From an uncultured Actinomycetes bacterium (GTDB taxonomy: Bacteria > Actinomycetota > Acidimicrobiia > IMCC26256 > DASPTH01), in NCBI GenBank assembly GCA_963719245.1, contig CAVRBG010000006.1:78905-142904 (forward strand): a stretch of DNA of 64,000 nucleotides, in the 5' to 3' direction. The notes beneath the pieces are model-generated. The model was given only the letters and a program-made list of their open reading frames with translations. It did no database searches and was not told the origin of the DNA. Below, in pieces: positions 1 to 10,286 of the stretch. The position numbers were made by a program, and so were the translations under genes. Within the stretch, counting starts at the first letter, position 1; every line of letters starts with the position of its first letter.

Positions 1-387
1 GAGGGACCGCAGCGTGTCGGCCGCCGGCGCGATCCGCAGCTCGATCTTGTCGTCGAGCCCCGCGCTCGCCCACGCGCGCTTGCCGATGCTCGTCCACTCC
101 TCGCTCACGTCGCAGCAGAGGAGGTGGCCGTCGTCGGGCAGGCCGCGCGCGATCGAGAGGGCCGAGTACCCGGTGAACGTGCCCACCTCGACCGCCTGAC
201 GGGCTCCGAGGAGACGCGTGATCAGGGTCATGAACGTGCCCTGCTCGGGCGAGATCTGCATCATCGCCATCGGGAGCTCGGCGGTCTCGTCGATGAGCGC
301 CTGCTGGACCGCGTCGGGCCGCGCGCCGTGGGTGACGACGTACTCGTGGATCTCGGGGGTGAGGAAGAACGACTTGGGTCCGGCCAT
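1..387 (-). CDS. Class I SAM-dependent O-methyltransferase (cation-dependent, caffeoyl-CoA OMT/MdmC-like); the 3' end runs off the window
   Basis: It is open to the window edge, so it is absent from the ORF track. My reverse translation from the ATG at 385-387 reads MAGPKSFFLTPEIHEYVVTHGARPDAVQQALIDETAELPMAMMQISPEQGTFMTLITRLLGARQAVEVGTFTGYSALSIARGLPDDGHLLCCDVSEEW... This is a typical family-3 OMT N-terminus with the VEVGTFTGYS SAM motif. Confidence 0.8.
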   Translation of the reverse strand, partial: MAGPKSFFLTPEIHEYVVTHGARPDAVQQALIDETAELPMAMMQISPEQGTFMTLITRLLGARQAVEVGTFTGYSALSIARGLPDDGHLLCCDVSEEWTSIGKRAWASAGLDDKIELRIAPAADTLRSL

Positions 388-421
388 CACGAGGATCCAT
401 TCCGCTCCATGTCCATGCCGG

Positions 422-1861
422 TCACCCTACGGCGTCGACCGTGCTCCCGTTCCCGGCGTCGGAGCCCAGTCGGCCCGAGATCCGCTCGAACAGGGTGCCG
501 CCACCGGCGCGTACGGCGTCGCCCCATTCGAGCCACTCGCGACGTCGGCGCCACGTGACCTCGGCGAGGCGCGGGCGCAGCGAACCGCGCAGCGGCAGGT
601 AGCCGAGCTCCCAGGGCACGATGAGTCCCCAGAACGTGAGGTCGTCACCGGCCCCGCCCGCGCGCAGGTGCACGCGGATGCGCATCGAGCCGTGCACCAC
701 GTGCACCAACCGCTTGGCGATGGCGTCGGCGAGCACCGCTTCGTTGACGGTGACGATGCTGGCGGTGTCGGGCGGCGGCGACGACAGCCGGTACACCGCG
801 CGGCGTTTGAAGTCGAGCACCCAGAACGGCAACGGCGACGACGGGACCTCGAACACCACCGGGCGCCGCAGCACGAAGCTCCCGAGCACGCCGGGCGGGA
901 ATGCGTGCATGAAGCCGTCGAAGTAGTCGGCGAACGTCGCGTAGTCGAGCGTCACGCCGTCCTCGGCCGCGGTCTGGGCCTCGATCTTCGGCTTCACCTG
1001 CGCAGCGAGCGCGTCGAGGTGCTTGTCACGGTCCGTGTACCAGTCGACGCCCGCGAGCTCGAACCCGCCCTCCGAGCTCCAGCTGTCGCCCGGGTCCATC
1101 TGCACCGCCTCGGTGGTCGAGTGCGGCTGTTGCTTGTGGAACACGTCGACCACCTCGCTCGGCGGCACGAGGTGCTCGTTGGCCGCGCCGGAGTCGGGGT
1201 GCAGGAACGCCACCATGCTGCCGAACGGCACGCCGTAGCGCGGGCCGAGCTGCTCGACCACGTGCACCCAGTCGTCGAGGTACGTGTCGCGCGTGACCAG
1301 CTCGAGGTCGGCCGGATCGTCGGCGGTGTAGAGCACCGGGTAGGCCTGCGAGAACGAGTAGCTCTTGAACACGAACGTCGGGCGTCCGAACTCCTCCAGG
1401 ATCTTGCGGAGCGTGCGGCCGCGGATCTTGCCGTCGTTGATGTCGACCAGCACGTGCTCGCCGTCGGCGACGACGAAGACGGAATCATCGGGTCCGTTCT
1501 GGTACGACGCGACGCGCACGCCGGGCGCGAGCTGCACGACCTGCCCGTGCGGGAGCTCCATCACCTCACCGAAGCCGAGGTCGCGCACTTCCTCCGCCAG
1601 CGTCGGCACCCCGAACTTGGGCACGAGCACGTGGGCGTCGTGATCGATGCGTCGCATCGACGGGTAGTGGAAGTGATCGAAGTGGTGGTGCGTGAGGTAC
1701 ACGAAGTCGGGGGCCAGCACCTCGGGCGACGGTGCGGCTGCTGGCGGGTAGTGCCACCACGACCGCCAGTAGCACGACCCCAGCAGCCAGGGGTCGACCA
1801 GGATCGTCGGCCCGCTGGTCTCGATGCGCAGGCAACTGTGGCCGATGACGGTGAACCTCAT
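422..1861 (-). CDS. MBL-fold metallo-hydrolase with a long C-terminal extension
   Basis: ORF 422..1939(-). The start is moved to MRFTVIGHSCL, which gives an ATGA overlap with the upstream stop at 1858-1861. It carries the LTHHHFDHF metal-binding motif. The frame is intact. Confidence 0.75.
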   Translation of the reverse strand: MRFTVIGHSCLRIETSGPTILVDPWLLGSCYWRSWWHYPPAAAPSPEVLAPDFVYLTHHHFDHFHYPSMRRIDHDAHVLVPKFGVPTLAEEVRDLGFGEVMELPHGQVVQLAPGVRVASYQNGPDDSVFVVADGEHVLVDINDGKIRGRTLRKILEEFGRPTFVFKSYSFSQAYPVLYTADDPADLELVTRDTYLDDWVHVVEQLGPRYGVPFGSMVAFLHPDSGAANEHLVPPSEVVDVFHKQQPHSTTEAVQMDPGDSWSSEGGFELAGVDWYTDRDKHLDALAAQVKPKIEAQTAAEDGVTLDYATFADYFDGFMHAFPPGVLGSFVLRRPVVFEVPSSPLPFWVLDFKRRAVYRLSSPPPDTASIVTVNEAVLADAIAKRLVHVVHGSMRIRVHLRAGGAGDDLTFWGLIVPWELGYLPLRGSLRPRLAEVTWRRRREWLEWGDAVRAGGGTLFERISGRLGSDAGNGSTVDAVG

Positions 1862-3046
1862 CGCGCGGGCGCGCCTCCACGACGGGCGATCGCCGCCTGC
1901 GCCAACACCTCCAGCGTGCCGCGCGCGGTCGCCTCCCACGTGTAGCGCGCGGCATGCGCACGGGCCGCGGCGCTCATCGTCGCGCGGGCCGCGTCGTCGC
2001 CCAGGAGCCGGTCGAGACCGTCACGCAACGCGTCGCCGTCGTCGGCCAGGATGCCGGTGCTGCCGTCGACCACCGCGTCGGAATGGCCGGCCACCGCGCT
2101 CACGACCGCGGGCGTGCCGCAGGCGGCCGCCTCGGTGATGGTCATGCCCCAGCCTTCGCGCGCCGAGGCGCTGGCGAGGACCCAGGACCGCCGGTAGAGG
2201 TCGACCTTGTCGTCCTCGTCGATGCGGCCCGGGAGGGTGATCCACGTCTCGGCCCGGGCGGCGTGGATCTGCGCCTCGAGCTCCTCACGCTTGTAGCCCT
2301 CGCCGACGATGACCGCTTCGAGACCGGGGTGGCGCGGCTTGAGCGCGATGAGGGCATCGATCAGCACGTCGAACTGCTTCACCGGCACGAGCCGGCCCAC
2401 GGCAACGACCAGCGGCGTGGGCGACTTCTCACCGCCCGGCGTGTAGTGCGCGTCGATCCCGGGTGCGACCACACTGACGCGGTCGGCGCGGAACTTGAGG
2501 TCGTGCACGAGCTCGCGCTTGCTCGACTCCGAGAGTGTGACCATGGGCGTGCGGTGGTAGATCGGCGGCGCCAGCTTCGACTCCACGAAGTCGCCGAACG
2601 CGGCCAGCCGGGGCGGCAGCGTCATCTGCCACATCTCGGCGTGCACGTGGTGCAGCCAGGTGACGTGCGCCGTCGCGCGACCACAGCGGCGAGAAGAACG
2701 GCATCCCGTTCCAGATCTCGACGAGACCGTCGCGCCCGCCGTGCCACCCCATCATCTCGCTGAACGCGGCCCGCGGGAACACGAGGTAGCGGCCGGCCTT
2801 GCGGATGACCCGGTAGCCGTCGCGCCACGACACCTGCGGGTGGCCCGCGGCGTACGACGTGCGCATGGTGACCTCGATGCCGGCCTCGGCCCACAACGCG
2901 GCGATGGTCGAGGCGTGGAGCTCGGATCCGCCCGCCTCGGGATCGTCGAGGTCGCGCCACGCGAGCATGCTGACGCGGTGCAGGCCGGCCTCGGCGGCGA
3001 TGTCACCCAGCTTGGCGATCTCGACCGCGTGGTCTCCGCTCGTCAT
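1858..3046 (-). CDS. GT4-family (GT-B) glycosyltransferase; one frame change as assembled
   Basis: ORF 2429..3046(-) gives the N-half (..LVEIWNGMPFFSPLW). ORF 1858..2646(-) gives the C-half (HAEMWQMT..GEGYKREELE..REGWGMTITEAAACGTPAVVS..). The join needs a 1-nt change in a GCGC stretch near 2666-2674. Confidence 0.8.
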
Positions 3047-3113
3047 GACGGATGCATGCTATGGGGAGGCCGGTGCCGCACCTGGGAACGTCGCGCCCCT
3101 AATCTCTCCGCCG

Positions 3114-3899
3114 ATGGCCCGACTCACCGGCGAACGCCCCATGGTGGGCGCGACCCCCGATTCCCTGCTCGCGTTCCACGACGCGGGGTACCGCGAGATG
3201 AGCGAGCGGCTCGGCACGGGCACGGTGCTCGACGTCGGCTGCGGGGTCGGCACGCAGACGTCCCGGCTCGCAGGGATCGGCCGCCTCGTCGTCGGGGTCG
3301 ACTACGACCCCCAGACCGCGATCGACGCCGCGCACGAATGGGGGCCCAAGGGCCTGCGGTTCGCGGCGATGGACGGCGGCCGCATCGGGGCCCGATCGAA
3401 CTCGATCGACTGGGTCTGCTCGTCGCACATCATCGAGCACTTCGTCGCGCCCGAGCAGCACGTCGCCGAGCTGGCACGGGTCACCACCGTCGACGGCACC
3501 GCTCTCGTGATCACCCCGAACCGCCCCGCCGACTTCGAGAACCCGTTCCACGTGTCGCTGTTCGAGGGACCCGAGCTCGAGTCGCTCCTGTCGCTCTTCT
3601 TCCACGACGTGACCGTGCAGGGGCTCGAAGGCTCCCCCGAGCTGCACGCCGACTTCGGACAGCGCCGTGCCAGCGGGGAGAAGCTGCTCCGCCTCGATCC
3701 GCTCGATCTGCGGCACAAGATGCCGCGGAGCTGGTACGTGTGGGGGTACGAGCGGGTGCTCCCGGTCGTCTACCGGATGCTCGGCTCGTCCCGCACCGGC
3801 ATCGGCTCCGGTCTCGACGAGTCGCACTTCTTCCTCACCGACGAGATCGCCCCGACCACCCCGGGGCTGTTCGCGGTGGCGCGCCGCCCGCGCCACTGA
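3114..3899 (+). CDS. Class I SAM-dependent methyltransferase
   Basis: ORF 2859..3899(+), trimmed to MARLTGERP because upstream it overlaps the divergent GT4 gene. It has the VLDVGCGVGTQT motif I and a Methyltransf_11-like core (WVCSSHIIEHF). Confidence 0.75.
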   Translation: MARLTGERPMVGATPDSLLAFHDAGYREMSERLGTGTVLDVGCGVGTQTSRLAGIGRLVVGVDYDPQTAIDAAHEWGPKGLRFAAMDGGRIGARSNSIDWVCSSHIIEHFVAPEQHVAELARVTTVDGTALVITPNRPADFENPFHVSLFEGPELESLLSLFFHDVTVQGLEGSPELHADFGQRRASGEKLLRLDPLDLRHKMPRSWYVWGYERVLPVVYRMLGSSRTGIGSGLDESHFFLTDEIAPTTPGLFAVARRPRH

Positions 3900-3920
3900 C
3901 GACGCTCGCTCCGTCGCGCC

Positions 3921-5984
3921 TCAGCCGGCCGCGGCCTGGGCGATGAGCGCCCGGTTCTGCTGGACCGCCTTGCGCACTGCGGTGGCGATGCGCGGGGCCA
4001 GGAGGTCGGCACCCACCTCGGTGAAGTGCGCGCCGTCGGGCCGGATGGCCGGGTCGGACACGCCGTTGGGGCACAGGGTGGCGTCGAGGTCGAGCAACGT
4101 CACCCGGTTCGCGGCGGTCGCCTGTTCCCATGCCGCCGTGATCGCGCTCAGCCTCGCCGGATCGAGTCGCTCGGAGCGTTGCGGCTCACTGCCGTCGACG
4201 GAGTCGCTGCCGAAGCACGCCGGCTTGATGGCGACGACCGCCGCGCCCTTCGACGTCAGTTCGTTGAGCAACGTCGTGAGGTCCCGGACGTAGAGGCTCT
4301 GCCACGCGGGGTCGCCGGGATGGAGCACCTGGCCGTCGGGACCCAGGACGTCGAACACGTCCCACGCGCCGGCCATCACCACGACCGCGTCGGGGAGGAA
4401 GGTGTCGACGTCGGACTGCCACTGCTCCTGCCACAGGCCCGATCCACCGCACCGGTTGGTGGTGGTGTTGCCGTCGATGACGAACAACGGCGCGGTCACG
4501 ATGGAGCAGCCGAGGATCGCCCGGTTCCACACCGCCAACCCGGGCTGCGCCGACAACCCGTCGATGCCGCCGTCGGCGTGCACGCCCTGCGCCAGGGTGG
4601 CGCCCTGCGAGTCGCCGGCCATGAGCACCTTGAGCACGGGCGGCAGGGTGGTCGTGGTCGGGGCACCGGGAGTGGTGGTCGACGTGGAACCGGAGCCCTT
4701 GGCCGGCTTCCGCGCGGCGACGTCGTCGACCGAGGGCGGACCGCCCTTGTCGGCGACTTCGCCGAACTTGCCGCTCAGCGCGGGTTCCGCGGCCGTCGTC
4801 GCCGCGTAGACGCCGGTACCGAGCGCGATCACAACTCCGACGACCATGATCCGGGCGAGGCGCGGCGAGCGCAGCCGGACGCCCCGCCGGATGGGCTCGG
4901 CGACGAACGTGTGGGTGACCCAGGCCAGCAGCACCACCGTCGAGAGACGCACCGTGAGCAGCGCGAGGCCGTCGAGGCCGGTGCGATCGGCCGAGATGAC
5001 CAGGTACGTGGGCCAGTGCCAGAGGTACATCTCGTAACTGATCGCGCCGACCCAGATCAGCGGGGGCAACGACAGGGTCGCGCCGAGCAGACCGGTCGAC
5101 GGTTGCACGACCCGCCAGAGCACGACCGCCACTGCGATGCAGTACACGAACAGGCCGTAGCGTCCGTAGAAGAAGTCGTGGACCTCGGTGGTGTCGGACG
5201 CGAACCAGGGCGCGACGACGGCGACGAGGCACAACGGGGCCGCGAAGTCGAGCGCACCTCGGGCAACGCGCGAGCGCACCGGACCGTGCACCGCGACGAA
5301 CACTGAGAGCGCGGCGCCGATCAACATCGCCTGCGCCCGGGTGTCGGTGCCGTAGTCGACGCGCGACGGATCGGCACCCGGTTCGTAGAGCGCGACCATC
5401 TCGATCGCCGACGCGACCGCGCCGACGATCGCCACCGCGCCGACCGCGATCATCGCGCCACGCCGGCGCACGAACTTCCCGGCGAGCGCGAGCACCCCGA
5501 ACACGATCAGCGGCCAGATCAGGTAGAACTGCTCCTCCACCGCCAGCGACCACAGGTGGAGCACCGGCGACGGCGAGGTGAACGCGCCGAAGTAGGACTG
5601 GCCCGACCAGATGAAGTGCCAGTTGACGACGTAGCCGAGCGATCCGAGGACATCGCCGCGCACCTTGTCGAGACCGATCGCGGGGGCGATGAACGCGGCG
5701 TAGACGAGCACCGCGCCCAGCACGACGAACAACGCCGGGAGCAGTCGCCGGGCCCGTCGGGCCCAGAACCGGAGCAGGTCGATCCGGGACGAGTTGCCCC
5801 ATTCCCGGAGCAGCAGCCCCGTGATGAGGAAGCCGGACAGGACGAAGAACGTGTCGAGCGACAGCACGCCACCGGCGGTGAAGTACCCGGCGTGCACCGA
5901 GATCGCGAACCAGATCGAGAACCCGCGCCACCCATCCAGCGCAGGCCAGTGGGGCGCGGCGGTCTTGCGCTGAGGAGAGGTCAT
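3921..5984 (-). CDS. Acyltransferase family 3 membrane protein fused to a C-terminal SGNH/GDSL hydrolase domain (OafA/YrhL-like glycan O-acyltransferase)
   Basis: ORF 3921..6158(-), trimmed to MTSPQRKTAAP (start at 5984). N-terminal LDGWRGFSIWFAISVHAGY and FFVLSGFLITG, with about 10 TM segments. The C-terminal part has VLMAGDSQGATLAQG (GDS block) and MAGAWDVFD. The frame is intact. Confidence 0.85.
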   Translation of the reverse strand: MTSPQRKTAAPHWPALDGWRGFSIWFAISVHAGYFTAGGVLSLDTFFVLSGFLITGLLLREWGNSSRIDLLRFWARRARRLLPALFVVLGAVLVYAAFIAPAIGLDKVRGDVLGSLGYVVNWHFIWSGQSYFGAFTSPSPVLHLWSLAVEEQFYLIWPLIVFGVLALAGKFVRRRGAMIAVGAVAIVGAVASAIEMVALYEPGADPSRVDYGTDTRAQAMLIGAALSVFVAVHGPVRSRVARGALDFAAPLCLVAVVAPWFASDTTEVHDFFYGRYGLFVYCIAVAVVLWRVVQPSTGLLGATLSLPPLIWVGAISYEMYLWHWPTYLVISADRTGLDGLALLTVRLSTVVLLAWVTHTFVAEPIRRGVRLRSPRLARIMVVGVVIALGTGVYAATTAAEPALSGKFGEVADKGGPPSVDDVAARKPAKGSGSTSTTTPGAPTTTTLPPVLKVLMAGDSQGATLAQGVHADGGIDGLSAQPGLAVWNRAILGCSIVTAPLFVIDGNTTTNRCGGSGLWQEQWQSDVDTFLPDAVVVMAGAWDVFDVLGPDGQVLHPGDPAWQSLYVRDLTTLLNELTSKGAAVVAIKPACFGSDSVDGSEPQRSERLDPARLSAITAAWEQATAANRVTLLDLDATLCPNGVSDPAIRPDGAHFTEVGADLLAPRIATAVRKAVQQNRALIAQAAAG

Positions 5985-6161
5985 CACGAGTCTGTCCAGG
6001 AGGCGTGCAAGCCGTGTCGAACCCGTCGGGTGTGTGCGCCGCGAGGAATGCGCATCGTACCGCTCGTGTTCGTCACCGAGCTTCCACACGGACGATGATC
6101 CCTGCCGATCCGGCCTTCTGCGTCCCCGGATTTCGGGCGGGCGCTGGTAGGTTCGCACCCA

Positions 6162-7524
6162 ATGGGAGCCTCTCGACGCTTCCTCGCGCGGCTGGGCGTG
6201 ATCACCGCGGGGGCAGCCGTCTGGCGAGTTTGGTACGTCCTGGGGCCGGTGACGTCACGGATTCCCAAGCTCGGCATCGACGACGAGTTCTTCTACAGCG
6301 CGCAGGCCCGCCTCGTCGCTGACGGCAAGGGGTTCCTGAGCCCCTTCGGGTACTACGCCCCCGTCGAGACGCGCGGCGCACCGGATCTTCCCGACCGGGG
6401 CGCATCCGCCCGTCTACACCGTGTTCCTGAGCATCCCGGCCCGGTTCGGCCTCGACACGCCCACCCAGCAGCGGGTGATCACGGCGTTGCTCGGCTCCGC
6501 GACGGTCTTCCTCATCGGGATCCTGGCCCGGAACCTCCGCGGTCGCGACGGGGTCGGGCTCCTCGCCGCGCTGCTCGCCGCCGCCTATCCCCCGTTGTGG
6601 TCGAACGACTCGATGCTCGGGCTCGAGACGCCCTACGCGTTCCTCGTCGTCCTGTCGCTGCTCGCGGTCTACCGCTTGTGGCGGAAGCCCACCCCGGCGG
6701 CGGCGGCCCTGCTCGCGTTGTGGCTGTCGCTGGCGACGCTCACCCGCTCCGAAGGGGTGCTGCTGTTCCTGCTGATGGCGCTGCCCGACGCTCGCCCTCG
6801 TGCCGGGTCCGTCGCGGATGGCGCGCGCCAAGATGCTCGGCGTGATGGCGTTGGTGGGGCTCGTCGTCGTGGGCCCGTGGGTGGTGCGCAACCTCACGAC
6901 CTTCGAGAAGCCCACCACGCTCGGCACCGGATTCGGCTGGGTGCTGCTCTACGGCAGCTGCGACACCGCCTTCTACGGCGACAAGCTCGGGTACTGGGAC
7001 GACAGCTGCTCGCTGAAGGACTACCCGCCCGACCTCGAGGAGAGCCTGGTCGACGTGCGCGCGCACGATCGAAGGCCATCGACTACCTCGAAGACCACAA
7101 GGCGCGCATCCCCGTGGTCATGGCGGCGCGGGTAGGCCGCGTGTTCGACGTCTACCGTCCCTTCCAGAACGTCGAGTTCAACCAGACCAGCGAGCGGCGC
7201 GGCGACGTCACCTCGTGGGCGATCCTCATCGGATACTGGCTCCTGGCGCCGTTCGCGATCGTCGGCCTGGTGGTGCTGCGGAAGCGTCGCACCCCGATCT
7301 TCCCGTTCATCGCGATCGTGGCCGCCACCGTGATCACGGTGGCCATGAGCTTCGGCATCACGCGTTACCGCGCGCCCGTCGACGCGGTGATCCCCGTGCT
7401 CGCGGCGATCGGCCTCGCCGCGCTCTGGCGCCTCGCACGGCACGAAGACGACGGCGCGGTCGGTGACACGTCGGACGCACGCCCGCCGGCTGACGACGCC
7501 ACGTTGACGGAAGCACCCGTGTGA
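6162..7524 (+). pseudogene. GT-C fold glycosyltransferase, PMT_2/ArnT-like (paralog 1 of 4); about 3 frame changes
   Basis: Joined from ORFs 6162..6845, 6421..7524 and 6800..7135. Frame changes lie near 6375, 6785 and 7065. Motifs: GIDDEFFYSAQARLVADGKGF, HPPVYTVFLSIPARFGL, TLTRSEGVLL, VVRNLTTFEKPTTLGTGFG, and the C-terminal SFGITRYRAPVD shared with the other paralogs. Confidence 0.75.
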
Positions 7525-8907
7525 GCGTCGACCTCGCCACGCCGACGCCGGCGGAGCTGCCCGACGAGGGTCCGCCGGTCGACGACACCTGGCCCGACGA
7601 ACGCCGTACCCGCCGGTTCACGGTGGCGATGATCGTGATCGCGATCGCGGCCGCCGCGATCAGGTTCATGAACGTGCTCTGGTGGCGCCCGACCACGAGC
7701 CAGACGGGCTACCACGGATACAAGCTCGGCGGCGACGCCTTCTACTACCACTGGCAGGCGAACGCGCTCGCCAAGGGCTCGTGGTTCATCGATCCGTTCC
7801 TGTGGCACTTCCGCAACGGGGTCGAGCGCCCGAGCGCGACGCACCCACCGCTCTACGTCATCTACCTCTCGCTCTGGTCGCGTCTCGGGCTCGACTCGGT
7901 CACGTGGCACCGGTTCGCGTCCTGCTTCCTCGGCATCGCCGCGGTCGTGATCATCGGACTGGTCGGACGACGCATCGGGGGCACCACGGTGGGGATCGTG
8001 GCCGCCGCGATCGCCGCCGTGTACCCGCAGATCTGGATCAGTGACGGCATGCTGCTGTCGGAGTCGATGGCCATCATGATGACGGCGATCGCGCTCTACG
8101 CCGTGTACGGCTTCGCCCGCCGCCCGACCATGCGCACCGCGGTGTGGATGGGGCTCGCGTGCGGCATCACCGCGTTATGCCGCACCGAGCTCACGCTCCT
8201 CTTCCTGATCGTCGTGATCCCCCTCGCGCTGCTGGCGCGCGACCACAGCTGGCGCGAGCGGATCAAGATGGGTGTCGTCGCGTGTCTCATGGGCGTGGTC
8301 ACCGTCGGACCGTGGATCGTCTTCAACTACACGCGCTTCGAGGAGCCCACGACGATGACCAGCGCGACCGGGGCCGCGCTCGTCGGCCGCGAGTTGCGAC
8401 GGCACGTACTACGGCAACTACATCGGCTACTACGCGAACTGCTTCACCGGACCGTGGCCCTCCAACTCGCTCGACGAGTCGCAGCGTGACCTCGCGCCCC
8501 GCAAGTACGCCGTGCAGTACATCAAGGACCACTGGAAGCGCACCCCGCTCGTGGTCGCCGCGCGCGTCGGCCGCTTGTGGGGGCTGTTCAAGCCGGGCCA
8601 GACCACGTGGCTCGACTGGTGGCTCGAAGGCCGCGGCCGCGCCCCGTCGTGGATCGGGCTGTTCGCGTACTACCTGCTCGTGCCGTTCGCGATCGCCGGC
8701 CTGGTGCTCACCCATCGCCGGAAGATCACCGTGCTCCCCCTCCTCGCCATCGCCGCCATCGCCACCTTCGCGGCCGCGATCACGTTCGGCGTCACGCGGT
8801 ACCGGGCGCCCGCGGAAGTCTCGCTCGTGCTCGCCGCCGCGGTCGGGTTCACGGCCGCGTGGCAGTGGCTCCGGAGGCGCCGAGCCGCGGTGGAGGCGCC
8901 GACGTGA
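7521..8907 (+). CDS. GT-C fold glycosyltransferase, PMT_2/ArnT-like (paralog 2); one frame change
   Basis: ORFs 7521..8489 and 8512..8907 are joined near 8390 (..TSATGAALVG / SCDGTYYGNYIGYYANCF..). The GTG start overlaps the paralog-1 stop (GTGA). Motifs: GGDAFYYHWQANALAKG, THPPLYVIYLSLW, CRTELTLL, FNYTRFEEPTTMT, FGVTRYRAPAEV. Confidence 0.8.
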
Positions 8908-10246
8908 CCGACGTCGCCGTCGCGGGTCGCCGACGCTTCTTTCGGTGGCTCGCAGTGATCTGCGGAGGCGGACTGGCGATCCGGATCTGGTACGCGGCCG
9001 CGGTCGTGGATCCGCGCAACCCGAAGTCAGGCCTTTCGGACGAGGTCTTCTACCACCTGCAGGCGCGTCTCGTGGCCGACGGGCACGGGTTCCTCAATCC
9101 GTTCCTGCACTACGCGTCGGCGAGCTCCGGGCAACGGTTCGACGAACCGACCGCGCTCCATCCTCCGCTCTACACGATCTTCCTCGCCATTCCCGCGAAG
9201 CTCGGGCTCACGAGCATGCTCACCCAGCGGATCATCACGATCCTGCTGGGCATCGGGACCGTGTTCCTCCTCGGCGTGCTGGCGCGGCGCCTGGCCGGCG
9301 ATCGCGCCGGACTGCTCGCGGCCGGCCTCGCCGCGGTGTCGCCCGCGCTCTGGATGAACGACTCGGTGATCGGTCTCGAGACGCTCTACGGCTTCCTCGT
9401 GGCGATGTCGCTCCTCACCTTCTACAAGTTTTGGAACGACCGCCGCCTGCGCTGGGCCCTGCTGCTCGCGGTGTGGTTGGCGCTGGCGGCGTTGACCCGC
9501 TCCGAAGGCGTGATCCTGGTGGTGTTCATCGCCGTCCCGACCGTGCTGTTCCTGCCCGACATCGACTGGCGCCGGCGCGTCGGGATCCTGGTGGCCATGG
9601 CCGCGGTGGTGATGGTGGTGATGGCGCCGTGGGTGATCCGGAACCTCACCACGTTCGAGGAGCCGACCACGCTCGGCACCGGCTTCGGCGTGGTGCTCGC
9701 CTACAGCAACTGCGACGCGACGTACTCGGGCCCGCACCTCGGCTATTGGGACGACGGGTGCTCACTGCCGCGGCTACGTGCCCGGGTCCGACGAATCGGT
9801 GTTCGACGCCGGGCCCGCGAGAAGGGCGTCGACTACCTCGCGCGACCACGTCGAGCGTCTGCCGATCGTCGTCGCCGCCCGGATCGGCAGGGTCTGGGAG
9901 GTGTTCCGGCCGTTCCAGAACGTCGAACTGGACGTCTTCTTCGAACGGCGCGGCAAGTGGCCTCGTGGGCCGGGCTCATCTCCTACTGGCTGCTGTTGCC
10001 GTGTGCCATCGGTGGCCTCGTCGTCCTGCGACGCCGACGCGTCCCGATCTTCCCGATACTCGCCATCGCCGCGTCGGTCACGATGACGGTCGCCATGGCT
10101 TCGGCATCACCCGGTACCGGGTCGCCGGTCGACGTCGTGCTGCCGATGCTCGCCGCGGTCGCGATCGACGGCTGCTGCGCCATCGTCAACGAGTCGACAT
10201 TTGCGACGAGCGCGACGAGCACGACCTGCGCACCCTCGATGCGTGA
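8904..10246 (+). pseudogene. GT-C fold glycosyltransferase, PMT_2/ArnT-like (paralog 3); 5 or more frame changes in the C-terminal third
   Basis: The GTG start overlaps the paralog-2 stop (GTGA). The N-terminal two thirds are in the frame of ORF 8577..11249 (LSDEVFYHLQARLVADGHGF, LHPPLYTIFLAIPAKLGL, LTRSEGVIL, VIRNLTTFEEPTTLGTGFG). The C-terminal third is pieced together from ORFs 9778..10086 and 8144..10246 (FGITRYR). The end at 10246 is inferred. Confidence 0.65.
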
Positions 10247-10286
10247 GCGCGATTCTGCACGGAGGGGCCAGGTAGCCTCGGCAACC

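Noticed and set aside
218-1945. Long plus-strand ORF (575 aa) covering the MBL-fold gene. There are many similar Arg/Pro/Ala/Gly-rich ORFs opposite or out of frame with real genes, e.g. 8144..10246(+), 25671..27179(-), 25906..28074(-), 57512..60784(-, 1090 aa), 39018..40172(+) and 46269..47897(+).
   Set aside because: Their composition (runs of R, P, G, A, H and D) and lack of any recognisable motif are typical of stop-poor shadow frames in very G+C-rich DNA. The overlapping frame carries clear family signatures.
6148-6153. TAGGTT (TANNNT-type -10 hexamer) 8 nt upstream of the paralog-1 ATG, and TAGCAT (20019-20024) 9 nt upstream of the AftD-like-1 ATG. These suggest leaderless or near-leaderless transcripts.
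   Set aside because: A hexamer match alone is weak evidence in any genome. They are not listed as features without TSS data.
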